The translations under genes and the position numbers were made by a program. Positions 18,821-28,712 of a DNA stretch of 64,000 nucleotides are shown in pieces (position 1 is the first letter of the stretch; each line of letters opens with the position of its first letter). The stretch comes from Candidatus Dormiibacterota bacterium (lineage in GTDB: Bacteria > Chloroflexota > Dormibacteria > Aeolococcales > Aeolococcaceae), in contig OY970355.1 in the NCBI GenBank assembly GCA_963718525.1, positions 2,184,025-2,248,024 on the forward strand, written 5' to 3'. The notes below the pieces were generated by a model. The model was not told the origin of the DNA. It searched no databases and saw nothing but the letters and a program-made list of their open reading frames with translations.

Positions 18821-19759
18821 CTAAGGTGTGACGAGCGTGAAGATGCCCCCATCTACGGAGATGCCGTTGCCGTTGCCAGTCGCCGCAAAACCGGTCGCCG
18901 TCGGGGCGAGGCCCTCGAAAGCGAACAGGTACAAGGGATTGCCGTCATAGCGCACCTGCGTGCCGTTCGGCGTGTGCAGGGTGCCGAGATTCGCCGGCGA
19001 AAGCCCACCCGACACCCCGGGCGTGCCGCTGGTAAGCATGCCGGGCCAGGCGCGTGCACATGCGCCCGTGCACGCGCTGTGTCCAGGGGTGTCCTTTGTG
19101 TAGCTATACACCGGGAAGTCGATCCACCCGATGCCGGTAAACATAGGCGTGGCGAGGACCTTCGTGCCGCCGATCTTCGTGGTCGTCAGCGTGCCGGCCC
19201 ACGGCAGAGCCCGCCCCGAAGGCGCCATCAGGTTCCAGACGCCGTGCCAGGGCGGGAGGCTGGGCTCGTCCCATCCCTCACCCGTGACCTCGCCGGGACC
19301 CTGGTCGAACAGGTACAGCGGGTGTCCGGCATAGGTGACCTGGTCACCAACGCCAGCTCGCCACACCGTGCCGAGCAGCTGCTGCGACGCTCCGGAACCG
19401 GCGATTGGAGTGCCGGTCGTCGTAATGGCGGGCCACTCGGCGTTCGTGTCGTTTGACGGTCCGGTGCACAGGAGCGTTCCGACCGGAGTGACCACTGGCT
19501 TGCTCGTGCAGCCGAACGTCCTGCCGTGGTCGCTCGTGATGAAGTAGAGGCTGAAGCCAGCGTACGGGCCCGAGCCGACGACCAGCGCCCTGCCGAAGGC
19601 GGTGGGCGCCGTGGTGATGACGGTTCCCGTTGCCGCCGAGGCGGTTCCCGCGAAAACCGGGACACTAGCGAGACTGACGACAAGGGCGGCGCCGGCGACG
19701 ATCCCACGCAGCCCCGGCCGTACGCCGGGAGACTGGTCGGATCCAAAGTGGGTGTTCAT
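18821..19759 (-). CDS. Secreted protein with tandem lipoprotein repeats (COG4315 / PF03640-like)
   Basis: Signal peptide GLRGIVAGAALVVSLASVPVFAGTASA. Repeated G.PLYLF motifs (VTYAGHPLYLFDQG, VRYDGNPLYLFAFEG). ATG 19759 follows AGGGGAG. Confidence 0.75.
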   Translation of the reverse strand: MNTHFGSDQSPGVRPGLRGIVAGAALVVSLASVPVFAGTASAATGTVITTAPTAFGRALVVGSGPYAGFSLYFITSDHGRTFGCTSKPVVTPVGTLLCTGPSNDTNAEWPAITTTGTPIAGSGASQQLLGTVWRAGVGDQVTYAGHPLYLFDQGPGEVTGEGWDEPSLPPWHGVWNLMAPSGRALPWAGTLTTTKIGGTKVLATPMFTGIGWIDFPVYSYTKDTPGHSACTGACARAWPGMLTSGTPGVSGGLSPANLGTLHTPNGTQVRYDGNPLYLFAFEGLAPTATGFAATGNGNGISVDGGIFTLVTP

Positions 19760-19875
19760 ATGCTCCCCTGATGCAGTTCGTGTGCGATGGGGCACATAGC
19801 CCCCAATAAAGTTGCTCCCTGCTACCTCGCAGGAATTCGTAGTCATGTTTTGTCTGGAAGAGCCCCCTCAGCCCA

Positions 19876-20131
19876 TCAATCCCCTCCTCTGTGCCTGTCG
19901 ACCGCTGACGGCCTATCCTGAGCCGCGAGCAGCCGACGGTTGCAGCGATGATTGTGCATCACCGAGTAGAGCCAGCTGGCGACGAGGAGGCCACCGCCGC
20001 TGAGCCCAAGCCCGCCAGGCACCATGAACTGTGTCCACACCTCTGAGCGTGATGTCATCACGGGCACCGTATCCGCGCCGTAGACGGGTTGTCGATGGTG
20101 CGACCGCCCCTGGCGAGTGGGTGGCAGCACT
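19876..20131 (-). pseudogene. Remnant of a histidine-kinase 5' region (leader hairpin plus first codons)
   Basis: A 41-nt leader hairpin motif at 20091-20131 matches 18437-18477 upstream of the kinase at 18405. The following ORF starts MTSRSEVW...LLVASWLY versus MTARWERR...VVASLVLL. Confidence 0.35.
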
Positions 20132-20333
20132 ACCCCGGCGGTCGGGTTACGGCTTCCCAATTGCGCTCCGGAGGTAATGGCGGACACACCGAGGAGGCGT
20201 GCACGAAAAAGCATCGGCCCTCGGACAGCCCCGGCGGCTGTCAGGAGCGCGTCGGACAGTTCGAGAACGAGCACCGTCGCGCACGCCAGCATCCGTGAAT
20301 GTCGCCAGAGCAGCCGAGCAGAGAACGGGTACC

Positions 20334-20723
20334 ATGGGGGTGGAAATGCCCTTGAGCGATGGTTCGGGCTTACCGCTGGCGGACCACCAACGGAGGCGAT
20401 CGTTTCGCCGTCGGCTCACCCTGGTTGCGGGATTTGGCATCTGTGTAGTCAGTCTCTTGGTTGCCTGCTCCCCTGAGGCCTCCCACGTAGTTGCTACGCA
20501 CACACCCACAGCAGTCGAGGCGCCTGTGAGCAGCCCTAGCAGCGCCCAGCCGCTATCGCCTCAGACGGCGGTTATGCGCCTTCAATGTGCCGGTGTCCTC
20601 GTAGATGGCAGGTGGGATATAGCAAGTTCGGATCCGTACGTGGCGGGCCGCAGACTTCTCAAACTCATCAACAGACGGCCCGGCCCAGAATTGGATATAC
20701 AGCGCCAGGGTGTATGCACATGA
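20334..20723 (+). CDS. Hypothetical lipoprotein
   Basis: RRRLTLVAGFGICVVSLLVACS is a signal peptide plus lipobox. The C-terminal part may continue by frameshift into 20710-20979. Confidence 0.4.
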   Translation: MGVEMPLSDGSGLPLADHQRRRSFRRRLTLVAGFGICVVSLLVACSPEASHVVATHTPTAVEAPVSSPSSAQPLSPQTAVMRLQCAGVLVDGRWDIASSDPYVAGRRLLKLINRRPGPELDIQRQGVCT

Positions 20724-20979
20724 CCCCGGAATGTTGTTGGAGCCGGCGGTAGGGAGTTCTCCGTACCCTCCTTCGCTTTGGAGCGGAACGCAGGAGAACG
20801 TCGCAGTCGCAGCCGGGCACCATGTTCGCGTTCCGATCACGTGGCCGTATGTCGACTCTCAGGGACAGCACCTTCCGAGCGCCACGTACTACGTGGTGGT
20901 CTCCGGAACTGTCACGCCGCCGGGCTACCCTGCAATGGTGAGCACTTGCACCATCGGTTTACGACAAGCGAGAGGCTAG
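20710..20979 (+). CDS. Hypothetical protein (possibly the frameshifted continuation of 20334-20723)
   Basis: ORF only, with no recognisable motif. Its frame stays open upstream to about 20620, overlapping the previous ORF. Confidence 0.25.
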   Translation: MYAHDPGMLLEPAVGSSPYPPSLWSGTQENVAVAAGHHVRVPITWPYVDSQGQHLPSATYYVVVSGTVTPPGYPAMVSTCTIGLRQARG

Positions 20980-21112
20980 ACCGTCACACGAGCGTCCTGT
21001 CACCAGATCCAGGGGCTTCAGATGCTCGACCCGCCCAACAGCCGCACAGAATGCCCCAAAGTCAAGAGCGGAGGGGAGCGAAGCAACAGGCAGTACGCGC
21101 GGGTGTGTGTTG

Positions 21113-21385
21113 GCGGAATTCCAATGGATTCCAACGCACCTGGTCTAGTCGTCATGCCAACCAATTCGCCACAAAACCACGCTAAATCGAATTCAGCGCT
21201 CATCGGGAAATGAGGACTAGTCTGGGGGACCAGGGGTCGCAGGTTCGAGTCCTGTCTCCCCGACGGACGCCAAATTTGATCTCAGTGCAGGGATTTCCAG
21301 TGCCATCCACTGGGCTCAATCCTGCGGGGACTAGCCCAAATTTCTCGAATAATGACTTTTCCAGCAAAACCACATTCTCTCCAGC
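21113..21385 (+). repeat. tRNA-Pro(GGG) 3'-half repeat unit, copy 3 (hybrid A/B arm), directly abutting the integrase gene
   Basis: Core 21217-21263. The upstream arm has GGAATTCCAATGGATTCCA. Downstream is CGGACGCC (A-like), then ATTTCCAGTGCCATCCACTGGG...GCGGGGACTAGCC...AATAATGACTTTTCCAGCAAAACC (B-like). The unit ends at the integrase ATG. Confidence 0.9.
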
Positions 21386-22384
21386 ATGGCCAGCACGATC
21401 GACACCCATCTGAAGCCGTTGCGGCGGCGCGCTCCCGCCAGCCCGCCGCCGACCAGCAGGAGGGTCTCCATCGACCGCTGCGTCGATCTGATGGCGACGC
21501 GCTATCAGTGGGCCGACACCACCCGGGTCAACGCTCGGGACTACCTCGCCGGCGGCCGGTTCCTCGCCTTCTGTCAGGCGCGGGGCATCGAAACCGTCGA
21601 CCAGCTCAGTAACGAAGCGATCCTCGACTTCGTCGGTGACGTCCGTGACCGCGTGGGGGTCAGCCGCAACACACTGCGTGGCTACCGCAATTACTTCAGA
21701 CGGCTTGCAGATTTCTGCGCCACCACTCCAGGGTTTGCGAATCACTCCTTCACGTCCGGCGCCGTTCCGAGTGCTCCCAAGGAACCACGGCGAAGGCGCT
21801 CAGACGCGCTGACCCTGAGCGAAGAGCAGGCGCTCGTTGCCGCCCTCGTCGGACATCGTCGTGACAGTCTCATCGTCCGTGTCCTGTTGGCGTGCGGTCT
21901 GCGCGTCAATGAGCTCTGCGCGCTGTGCGTCGATGACGTGAAGCTCGCGGCGCGGCCGCCGCGGGTGCTCGTCACAAAGGCCCAGGGTGACATCACCAAG
22001 AGTGGCGTCGATCGCCAGGTGAGCTTCCGGCACCCGTATGCGAAGGAGCTCCTCCGAGACCTCGCGGCGTGGATCGAACGATACCGGCCGGAGTCTCGCC
22101 ACCCCGATCTCTTCATTTCCGAACGACGCTCATCAGGTGAGCCGCTCACCACGACGGCAGTGCAGCAGATGGTGCAGCGAGCTGCGCGGAGCGCGGGACT
22201 TCGGCCCATCCATCCACATCTCCTTCGGCGTACATGGGCGACGCGCCTTGCCGACGCTGGCGCCACGGTGACGGACCTCATGCAACAGGCTGGGTGGAGC
22301 AGCATCGAGATGGTGACCGTGTACTACGCCGGTTCTGAAGAGCGCGCGATCGAGCGAGTCGCCGGTCTGCGCGTCGAGGGCTGA
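21386..22384 (+). CDS. Tyrosine recombinase / phage-type integrase (Xer-like architecture)
   Basis: N-terminal SAM-like domain (YLAGGRFLAFCQARGIETVDQLSNEAILDFV). Catalytic region GLRVNEL...HPHLLRRTWATRLADAG...AGWSSIEMVTVYY (R, H-x-x-R, W/H, Y). Confidence 0.9.
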   Translation: MASTIDTHLKPLRRRAPASPPPTSRRVSIDRCVDLMATRYQWADTTRVNARDYLAGGRFLAFCQARGIETVDQLSNEAILDFVGDVRDRVGVSRNTLRGYRNYFRRLADFCATTPGFANHSFTSGAVPSAPKEPRRRRSDALTLSEEQALVAALVGHRRDSLIVRVLLACGLRVNELCALCVDDVKLAARPPRVLVTKAQGDITKSGVDRQVSFRHPYAKELLRDLAAWIERYRPESRHPDLFISERRSSGEPLTTTAVQQMVQRAARSAGLRPIHPHLLRRTWATRLADAGATVTDLMQQAGWSSIEMVTVYYAGSEERAIERVAGLRVEG

Positions 22385-22766
22385 TCAGCCGTTCGGGTTC
22401 AGCGACCTTATCCGTGGGACCTTTGACCGGTAGCTTGGGTGGCGGAAGGTGGCGGTTGAGTTTCGCCAGGCACGCGGCTCACAGGTACGAGAGGTTAGCG
22501 ACGACGTGGCCAAAATGTCGATTCGGCGAAGATCAACCAAGCGCCCCTCGATGAAGCGGCGCGGCTTCGTAACGAGAACTGTGCTACGACTCGAACCGCT
22601 CACGTAGATCGAGCGTAAGCCGCCTTGCTGTCCCCGACACGGCAGTAGCGACGCGATCGGCTCCCCGCCAATGCCCCGATCGATCTGCCGAACCGGGGGC
22701 ACGACTGAGGCATCTCGACCTTCGATGGTTGGCGTCTAATGCGGGACGTCTGAACCACGTGGGTGA

Positions 22767-22792
22767 ACCGGCCGGCCCGCAGGCCGGCCGGT
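22767..22792. terminator. Perfect 11-bp GC hairpin between convergent genes
   Basis: ACCGGCCGGCC-CGCA-GGCCGGCCGGT. It lies about 14 nt beyond the stop of the ACT gene (22806, minus strand) and about 380 nt downstream of the integrase. No U-tract. Confidence 0.5.
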
Positions 22793-22805
22793 CCACATGA
22801 AGGGG

Positions 22806-22991
22806 TTAGCGAGACGCGACGGCCGCAGGCTCCTTCCAGGCCATCTCGAGCGCCGAAAGTTCCTCGCAACCAAGCACCAGACGCGTGTCGGTCGCAAGGT
22901 AGGCGGTGGTGAGATTGATACCGGCATCGGCGAGGCGTCGCGTGACCTTTCCGAGCATGCCGGGCTGGTTGTCAATGCGCTCAACAATCAT
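22806..22991 (-). CDS. ACT-domain protein (second half of a split two-ACT gene?)
   Basis: MIVERIDNQPGMLGKVTRRLADAGINLTTAYL is a typical ACT motif. It overlaps the upstream ACT ORF by 11 nt. Confidence 0.55.
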   Translation of the reverse strand: MIVERIDNQPGMLGKVTRRLADAGINLTTAYLATDTRLVLGCEELSALEMAWKEPAAVASR

Positions 22992-23202
22992 GCGACTCGC
23001 GAGTGACCTTGTAGCCGACCTTGGCGATCGCGCGGCTGGTCGCGGCCTTGTCGGTGGTCAGCACGTGGAAGATGACGCTCCCGTTCTGCTCGACGGCGCA
23101 CAGGCCCTCGATGTTGATCTTCTCGCGGCCCAACTCCTCCGCGAGTGCCGCAAGACTGCCCTTGCTGTGCGGTACGACGATGTTGAAGTCATATGCGTGT
23201 AT
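22981..23202 (-). CDS. ACT-domain protein (first half), with no canonical start codon
   Basis: IHAYDFNIVVPHSKGSLAALAEELGREKINIEGL ACT motif. A perfect AGGAGG (23214-23209) is followed after 6 nt by ATA rather than ATG. Confidence 0.45.
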   Translation of the reverse strand: MHAYDFNIVVPHSKGSLAALAEELGREKINIEGLCAVEQNGSVIFHVLTTDKAATSRAIAKVGYKVTRESHDC

Positions 23203-23657
23203 GACTGGCCTCCTGTGTCGGGCGCCGAGTGTCTCAGCTGGCCCGACCTCCACCGTGCGCGTGCTGTCATACGAAACGCAACCGATGCGAACCGCGCACG
23301 GTGGTCGGGCGGCGCATACCGTTCTAAACCCTTGGCGCATGCTGCGATTCCGTTCAGACGGGGTGAGCGGATACGGCGGGAACTATCCGCTTACACTCGG
23401 ATGCATCCCGATGCCGTACGAGCGCGCGCTCGTCGCGACGTTTGGCTGTTTTTGGTGCCATTGCGTGGCCGGGGCCGACTGATACCGCTCACATACACTC
23501 CCGCTCAGCGTAGCGACACTCACAGAGAGGGCTGACCTCATGCTCGCGGTCGCGCGATTCTTAACTGCCTCGTCTGCGGGAGACGCCTCTACTCTGGCGA
23601 TGTCGTCCGCTCGGAGCCCGATCTCCAACGACGGAATGATCTGGCTGCTGACCGCGC

Positions 23658-23873
23658 TCAGGTGGAGGCTAGCGGCGTATGAGCGAGGTCGCGAGCATAC
23701 AGATACTGTCCGCACGCCAGACACTTCTTGACGGGATGCTCCGGCCGCTTGGACACCTCCGGCTGATCGTCATCATTTGGATGCGCGTCATCCAGATTAG
23801 CTGTATCAAAGCTCAGCGACAGAAGACGGTCAGAGCCACAGCGGGCACACAATTGAGACAAGGCTTCTCCCAT
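23658..23873 (-). CDS. Hypothetical small zinc-ribbon-like protein
   Basis: 71 aa with two CxxC pairs (CARCG ... CLACG). No other support. Confidence 0.3.
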   Translation of the reverse strand: MGEALSQLCARCGSDRLLSLSFDTANLDDAHPNDDDQPEVSKRPEHPVKKCLACGQYLYARDLAHTPLAST

Positions 23874-24022
23874 CGTGCCGCGCGCTCATCCCTTCGTCTG
23901 TCCGCTAGCGCGCCTTCCGGCGCTAGACGCATAGCTCGGTGTCCCGATGAGGGGCAGCAGATTTCTTCGCGTCTCTACGGTGCGGCGGCCCGCGCAAGAT
24001 CGACGGCCCTGAGAAACTCCCC

Positions 24023-24745
24023 TCACCTCATGGTGTTGTTGCGTTGTGCCCTCCGGATAACTCCGTCCAACTGGGCGGTGATAGCTCGGTAGCACTCACA
24101 CGTGGCTGCCTCGAGCCCGACGCGATCAACGATGGTGACTCGACCGCGGGAGTACCCGATGAGGCCCGCGGCTCGAAGGCGCTCTGCGGACAGGGTGACC
24201 GTGGCTCGACGCGAGCCGAGTATCTGGCCGAGGAGCTCGTGGGTGATGGCGAACTCGTCAGTGCCGACGCGGTCGTGGCTCATCAGCAGCCAGCGGCTCA
24301 GGCGCTCTTCGTTCGAGTGGAGTCGATTGCACGCCGCCGCCTGGGCGATCTCGCCGAAGAAAGCCAGAACATAATCGTTGACGAGTTCCTGCAGACGGGG
24401 GTCGGCTTCGACCTCGTTGAGGAAGGTCGATGCGTCCATGCGGTCAATCCATCCTCCCACCGAGGAGATGGCCCGAAATGCGAGTGAGCCCCCCGGGCGG
24501 ATGGGCAGGCCGACGATGCCTTCGTTGCCAATCGAGGCCACCTCCACGCTCGTGCCTTCTTGGAACGGCGTGACCAAGGAAACCACGCAATTGCGGGGGA
24601 AGTCGACGAAGGCAATTGGCTCACCCGGCTCGAACAGTATCGTGCCGGAATCCAGGCACACCGGACTCAGCGATCGTCGGAGCCGCCGACTGCCGTCCAT
24701 TGGAAGCGCATCAAGAAGCCGGTTTGCCCCGGCGTTGACGCTCAT
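24023..24745 (-). CDS. Crp/Fnr-family transcriptional regulator
   Basis: cNMP-binding-like N-terminal domain (GTILFEPGEPIAFVDFP). C-terminal HTH ITHELLGQILGSRRATVTLSAERLRAAGLIGYSRGRVTIVD. Start taken at ATG 24745. Confidence 0.8.
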   Translation of the reverse strand: MSVNAGANRLLDALPMDGSRRLRRSLSPVCLDSGTILFEPGEPIAFVDFPRNCVVSLVTPFQEGTSVEVASIGNEGIVGLPIRPGGSLAFRAISSVGGWIDRMDASTFLNEVEADPRLQELVNDYVLAFFGEIAQAAACNRLHSNEERLSRWLLMSHDRVGTDEFAITHELLGQILGSRRATVTLSAERLRAAGLIGYSRGRVTIVDRVGLEAATCECYRAITAQLDGVIRRAQRNNTMR

Positions 24746-25063
24746 GCCGCGGTCCACTTGGGTTGCCTCTTGCGTGTTGCACACGCGCTGGTAGGGCGGC
24801 GGCTCTCTCAATTGGATCGTCACCCGTCGGCCGCGGCGGCCTAGCCTTCAAACTGATCCTACGCGGCGCATTGCCCTCTCGGGTTCATCATGGGGCACGT
24901 GGTCAGCCTGAGCGGACCATGAAAGCGCACGGTCGGTCACCTAGCGTGCAATTCACACACCAAATCCGATCGCAGGTGCTCGCGACCCTCGCAGCAAGGG
25001 ACTGTCGCCGACTTCCCGCTGTCTCTCAGCGGCAACGCAGAACAGGCATGGAGGCCTCGGAGA

Positions 25064-26164
<1,101 letters not shown>

Positions 26165-26215
26165 CTGACAACGCGCTGCGCAGTGTTGCGGGGAAGCAGT
26201 AGGATCCTCGCTTCG

Positions 26216-26452
26216 CTACGGGGAAATCAGCGTCTTTGGTTTCAGCAGCGCATCGTCTGTCCCCAGCGCCGCGCGTTCATCCGTGATGCGCTGTCGCGTG
26301 TCCTCCTCGTCGATGGGGCGTGCCGCAGCCTTGCGGGGGCGACCGGGAGGACGGCGTCCGCGCACGAAACTTTCGAGGTCCTCTGGGTAAACGCCCCAGA
26401 CCGGTCCCACCTTGATGCCAAAGAGTCGCTGGCTGGCAAGCAACCTGCGCAC
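26216..26452 (-). CDS. Small HTH DNA-binding protein, excisionase/MerR-like (HTH_17-type)
   Basis: The frame is open from about 26520 and reads LSVVQAAAQLHASPAYVRRLLASQRLFGIKVGPVWGVYPEDLESFV. The only in-frame start (GTG 26452) falls inside the HTH, so the gene may be start-defective. Confidence 0.45.
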   Translation of the reverse strand: MRRLLASQRLFGIKVGPVWGVYPEDLESFVRGRRPPGRPRKAAARPIDEEDTRQRITDERAALGTDDALLKPKTLISP

Positions 26453-26705
26453 GTACGCTGGCGATGCGTGGAGTTGGGCTGCGGCCTGGACAACAGAAAG
26501 GGGATGGGATCCTATGATGGCCTCATGATACTAGCACGGCGGCGCAACAATTTATCGTGCGACCTGCTATGTTGGGATGGTCCCAGGACCGAGGCGAGAG
26601 CCGTCAAGGCGCCGGTCGGGGCGACCTTTCTCAGGGGTTGTCAGCCAGTTCCTCCACGTTTCTTCTTGGCCCTCCAAACGCGCACTCCGTTGGAGGAGCA
26701 CCCAC

Positions 26706-28202
26706 ATGGCTGTTGCGACCCGCCCCACCGAGAAAACTCGGTTTTTCAATGCCTCGCCCCGCGACCTGCTCATCAATGGCAAATTCGAGCAGGCCGAGAG
26801 CGGTAGGACCTTCGACACGCTCAACCCGGCCACCGACACAGTGCTCGCGAGCATCGCCGAGGGCGACGCACACGACATCGATCGCGCGGTGCGAGCGGCT
26901 CGCCGGGCATTCGAGAACGGCCCCTGGAGCCGCATGACCCCATCCGAACGCGGTCAGATCATGCACCGGATCGGCGACCTGATCATGGAACACGCAGACG
27001 AACTCGCAGAGCTTGATTGCCTGGACAACGGCAAAGCCCTCAGCGTGGCCCGCGCGGCTGATGTTCCGCTCGCCGCCGACCTGTTCTGGTACATGGCAGG
27101 CTGGGCCACAAAGCTCAACGGTGGCACCATCAACCCGTCGGTGCCCTACCTCCCCGGCGCCGAATTTCACGCGTACACGCTGCGCGAGCCGGTCGGTGTG
27201 GTCGGCCAGATCATCCCCTGGAACTTTCCGCTGCTGATGGCCGCCTGGAAGCTGGGTCCGGCATTGGCCACGGGTTGCACGGTGGTCCTCAAGCCTGCCG
27301 AACAGACGCCGCTCTCGGCTCTGCGGTTGGGTGAACTGATGCTCGAGGCCGGTCTCCCCGACGGAGTGGTCAACGTCGTCACCGGATTTGGTGAGACAGC
27401 TGGCGCCGCACTCGCCGCGCATCCGGGCGTCGATAAGATCGCCTTCACCGGCTCCACCGACGTCGGCAAACTCATCGCAACGGCTGCAACCGGCAATCTG
27501 AAGAAGGTCTCGCTGGAACTCGGCGGCAAGTCGCCGAACATCGTCTTTTCCGACGCCGACATCGACGCGGCCATCGCCGGCGCGGCACAGGGGATCTTCT
27601 TCAACCAGGGCGAGGTGTGCTGCGCCGGGAGCCGTCTGTTCGTGCAGCAGGACCGCTTCGATGAAGTGGTCGAGGGTGTCGCCAAGGCGGCCAGGAAGAT
27701 CAACGTCGGACCCGGCATGGATCCAGACACGCAGATGGGCCCGCTCGTCTCTCGCGAGCAGTTCGACCGGGTGACCGGATACCTCGCCAAGGGTGAGCAG
27801 GCGGGCAACCGCGCGCTGGCCGGCGGCCACGCACTCGACCGGCCGGGCTACTTCGTGGAGCCGACCGTGTTGGTGGACGTCGAACCCAACGACGTCGTGC
27901 TGCGCGAAGAGATCTTTGGACCGGTGATCGTCGCGTTGCCGTTCAGTGACGTCAACGACCTTGCCAGTCAAGCAAACGACACCGTCTACGGACTGGCCGC
28001 AGGCGTGTGGACTCAGGACATCTCAAAGGCTCATAAGCTGGCCAAGCGCATCAAGGCGGGCACGGTATGGGTCAATACCTACAACGTGTTCAGCGCGGAG
28101 CTGCCCTTTGGCGGCTTCAAGCAAAGCGGCTGGGGCCGCGAGATGGGCGAGGAAGTCCTCTCCAGCTACCTCGAGACCAAGTCGGTGATCGTCCAACTCT
28201 AG
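26706..28202 (+). CDS. NAD(P)-dependent aldehyde dehydrogenase
   Basis: FTGSTDVGK, ELGGKSP and the catalytic FFNQGEVCCAGSR motifs. ATG 26706 follows GGAGGAG. Confidence 0.9.
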   Translation: MAVATRPTEKTRFFNASPRDLLINGKFEQAESGRTFDTLNPATDTVLASIAEGDAHDIDRAVRAARRAFENGPWSRMTPSERGQIMHRIGDLIMEHADELAELDCLDNGKALSVARAADVPLAADLFWYMAGWATKLNGGTINPSVPYLPGAEFHAYTLREPVGVVGQIIPWNFPLLMAAWKLGPALATGCTVVLKPAEQTPLSALRLGELMLEAGLPDGVVNVVTGFGETAGAALAAHPGVDKIAFTGSTDVGKLIATAATGNLKKVSLELGGKSPNIVFSDADIDAAIAGAAQGIFFNQGEVCCAGSRLFVQQDRFDEVVEGVAKAARKINVGPGMDPDTQMGPLVSREQFDRVTGYLAKGEQAGNRALAGGHALDRPGYFVEPTVLVDVEPNDVVLREEIFGPVIVALPFSDVNDLASQANDTVYGLAAGVWTQDISKAHKLAKRIKAGTVWVNTYNVFSAELPFGGFKQSGWGREMGEEVLSSYLETKSVIVQL

Positions 28203-28219
28203 TCTGGTTTCTCTGCGGG

Positions 28220-28250
28220 AGTCGCCGCCGTCGACCCGGCGGCGGCGACT
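28220..28250 (+). terminator. GC-rich hairpin downstream of the aldehyde dehydrogenase gene
   Basis: AGTCGCCGCCG-9 nt-CGGCGGCGACT starts 18 nt after the stop codon. No clear U-tract. Confidence 0.5.
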
Positions 28251-28712
28251 TACTCGCAAATCAGCCTTTCGACGCCAGGAAGTGCACCGGCTCAGCAAGG
28301 AATAGCCGGCAAGTCGACCAAGGACAAGAAGGATCAAGAAGATGCGCAAACAGACGCAGTTCGCGCGGCAACGATTCCTGCAGCAGCAGGCAGCTCAGTT
28401 TCTCAACGAGTCGGAGTTGCCCTTCACGGTACCGCTGTGCCTCCCGATCGTTGACTCGGACCCGTTTGTCGCGCGGACGGCCGCCTGTGATCCCGTAACA
28501 ACCCCTCCCAAAGTTTGATCGTCCTACAGCAGCAAACGGGTGGGTCCGCGCTGTGCGTGGTATCGGGGTTCGAGGAGGAGCACCGCGGCGCACGCGAGCG
28601 TCCTATCGCATGACAGCGCGCGTCAGCAGCAGACGCCGCCCATGGTCGCCAGGATCCCCATATCCGAGACAGCAGCGGGGAGAGCAGCACAGCGTTACGA
28701 CGCTTCGGCCTG

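Noticed and set aside
18475-18821. A possible degenerate LuxR-type response-regulator remnant upstream of the second kinase (...LVSKLTVAEIAPPLESEE...).
   Set aside because: There is only a faint resemblance to a GerE helix, no receiver-domain motifs, and a gene order atypical for this kinase class.
26631-27971. Large antisense ORFs opposite strong genes. Examples are 26631-27971 versus the aldehyde dehydrogenase, 46135-47325 versus V-ATPase B, 62270-63196 versus the lipoprotein, 57591-58751 versus the IS256 transposase, and 42014-43042 versus subunit I.
   Set aside because: These are typical high-GC shadow ORFs with Arg/Gly/Pro-rich, motif-free translations. The opposite strand carries unmistakable family signatures.
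28342-28518. A 58-codon ORF (MRKQTQFARQRFLQQQAAQFLNESELPFT...) between the aldehyde dehydrogenase gene and unit 4, possibly a transposase N-terminal remnant.
   Set aside because: I could not tie the sequence to a specific family from memory. It is below the ORF-track threshold and has no RBS, so it is left unannotated.
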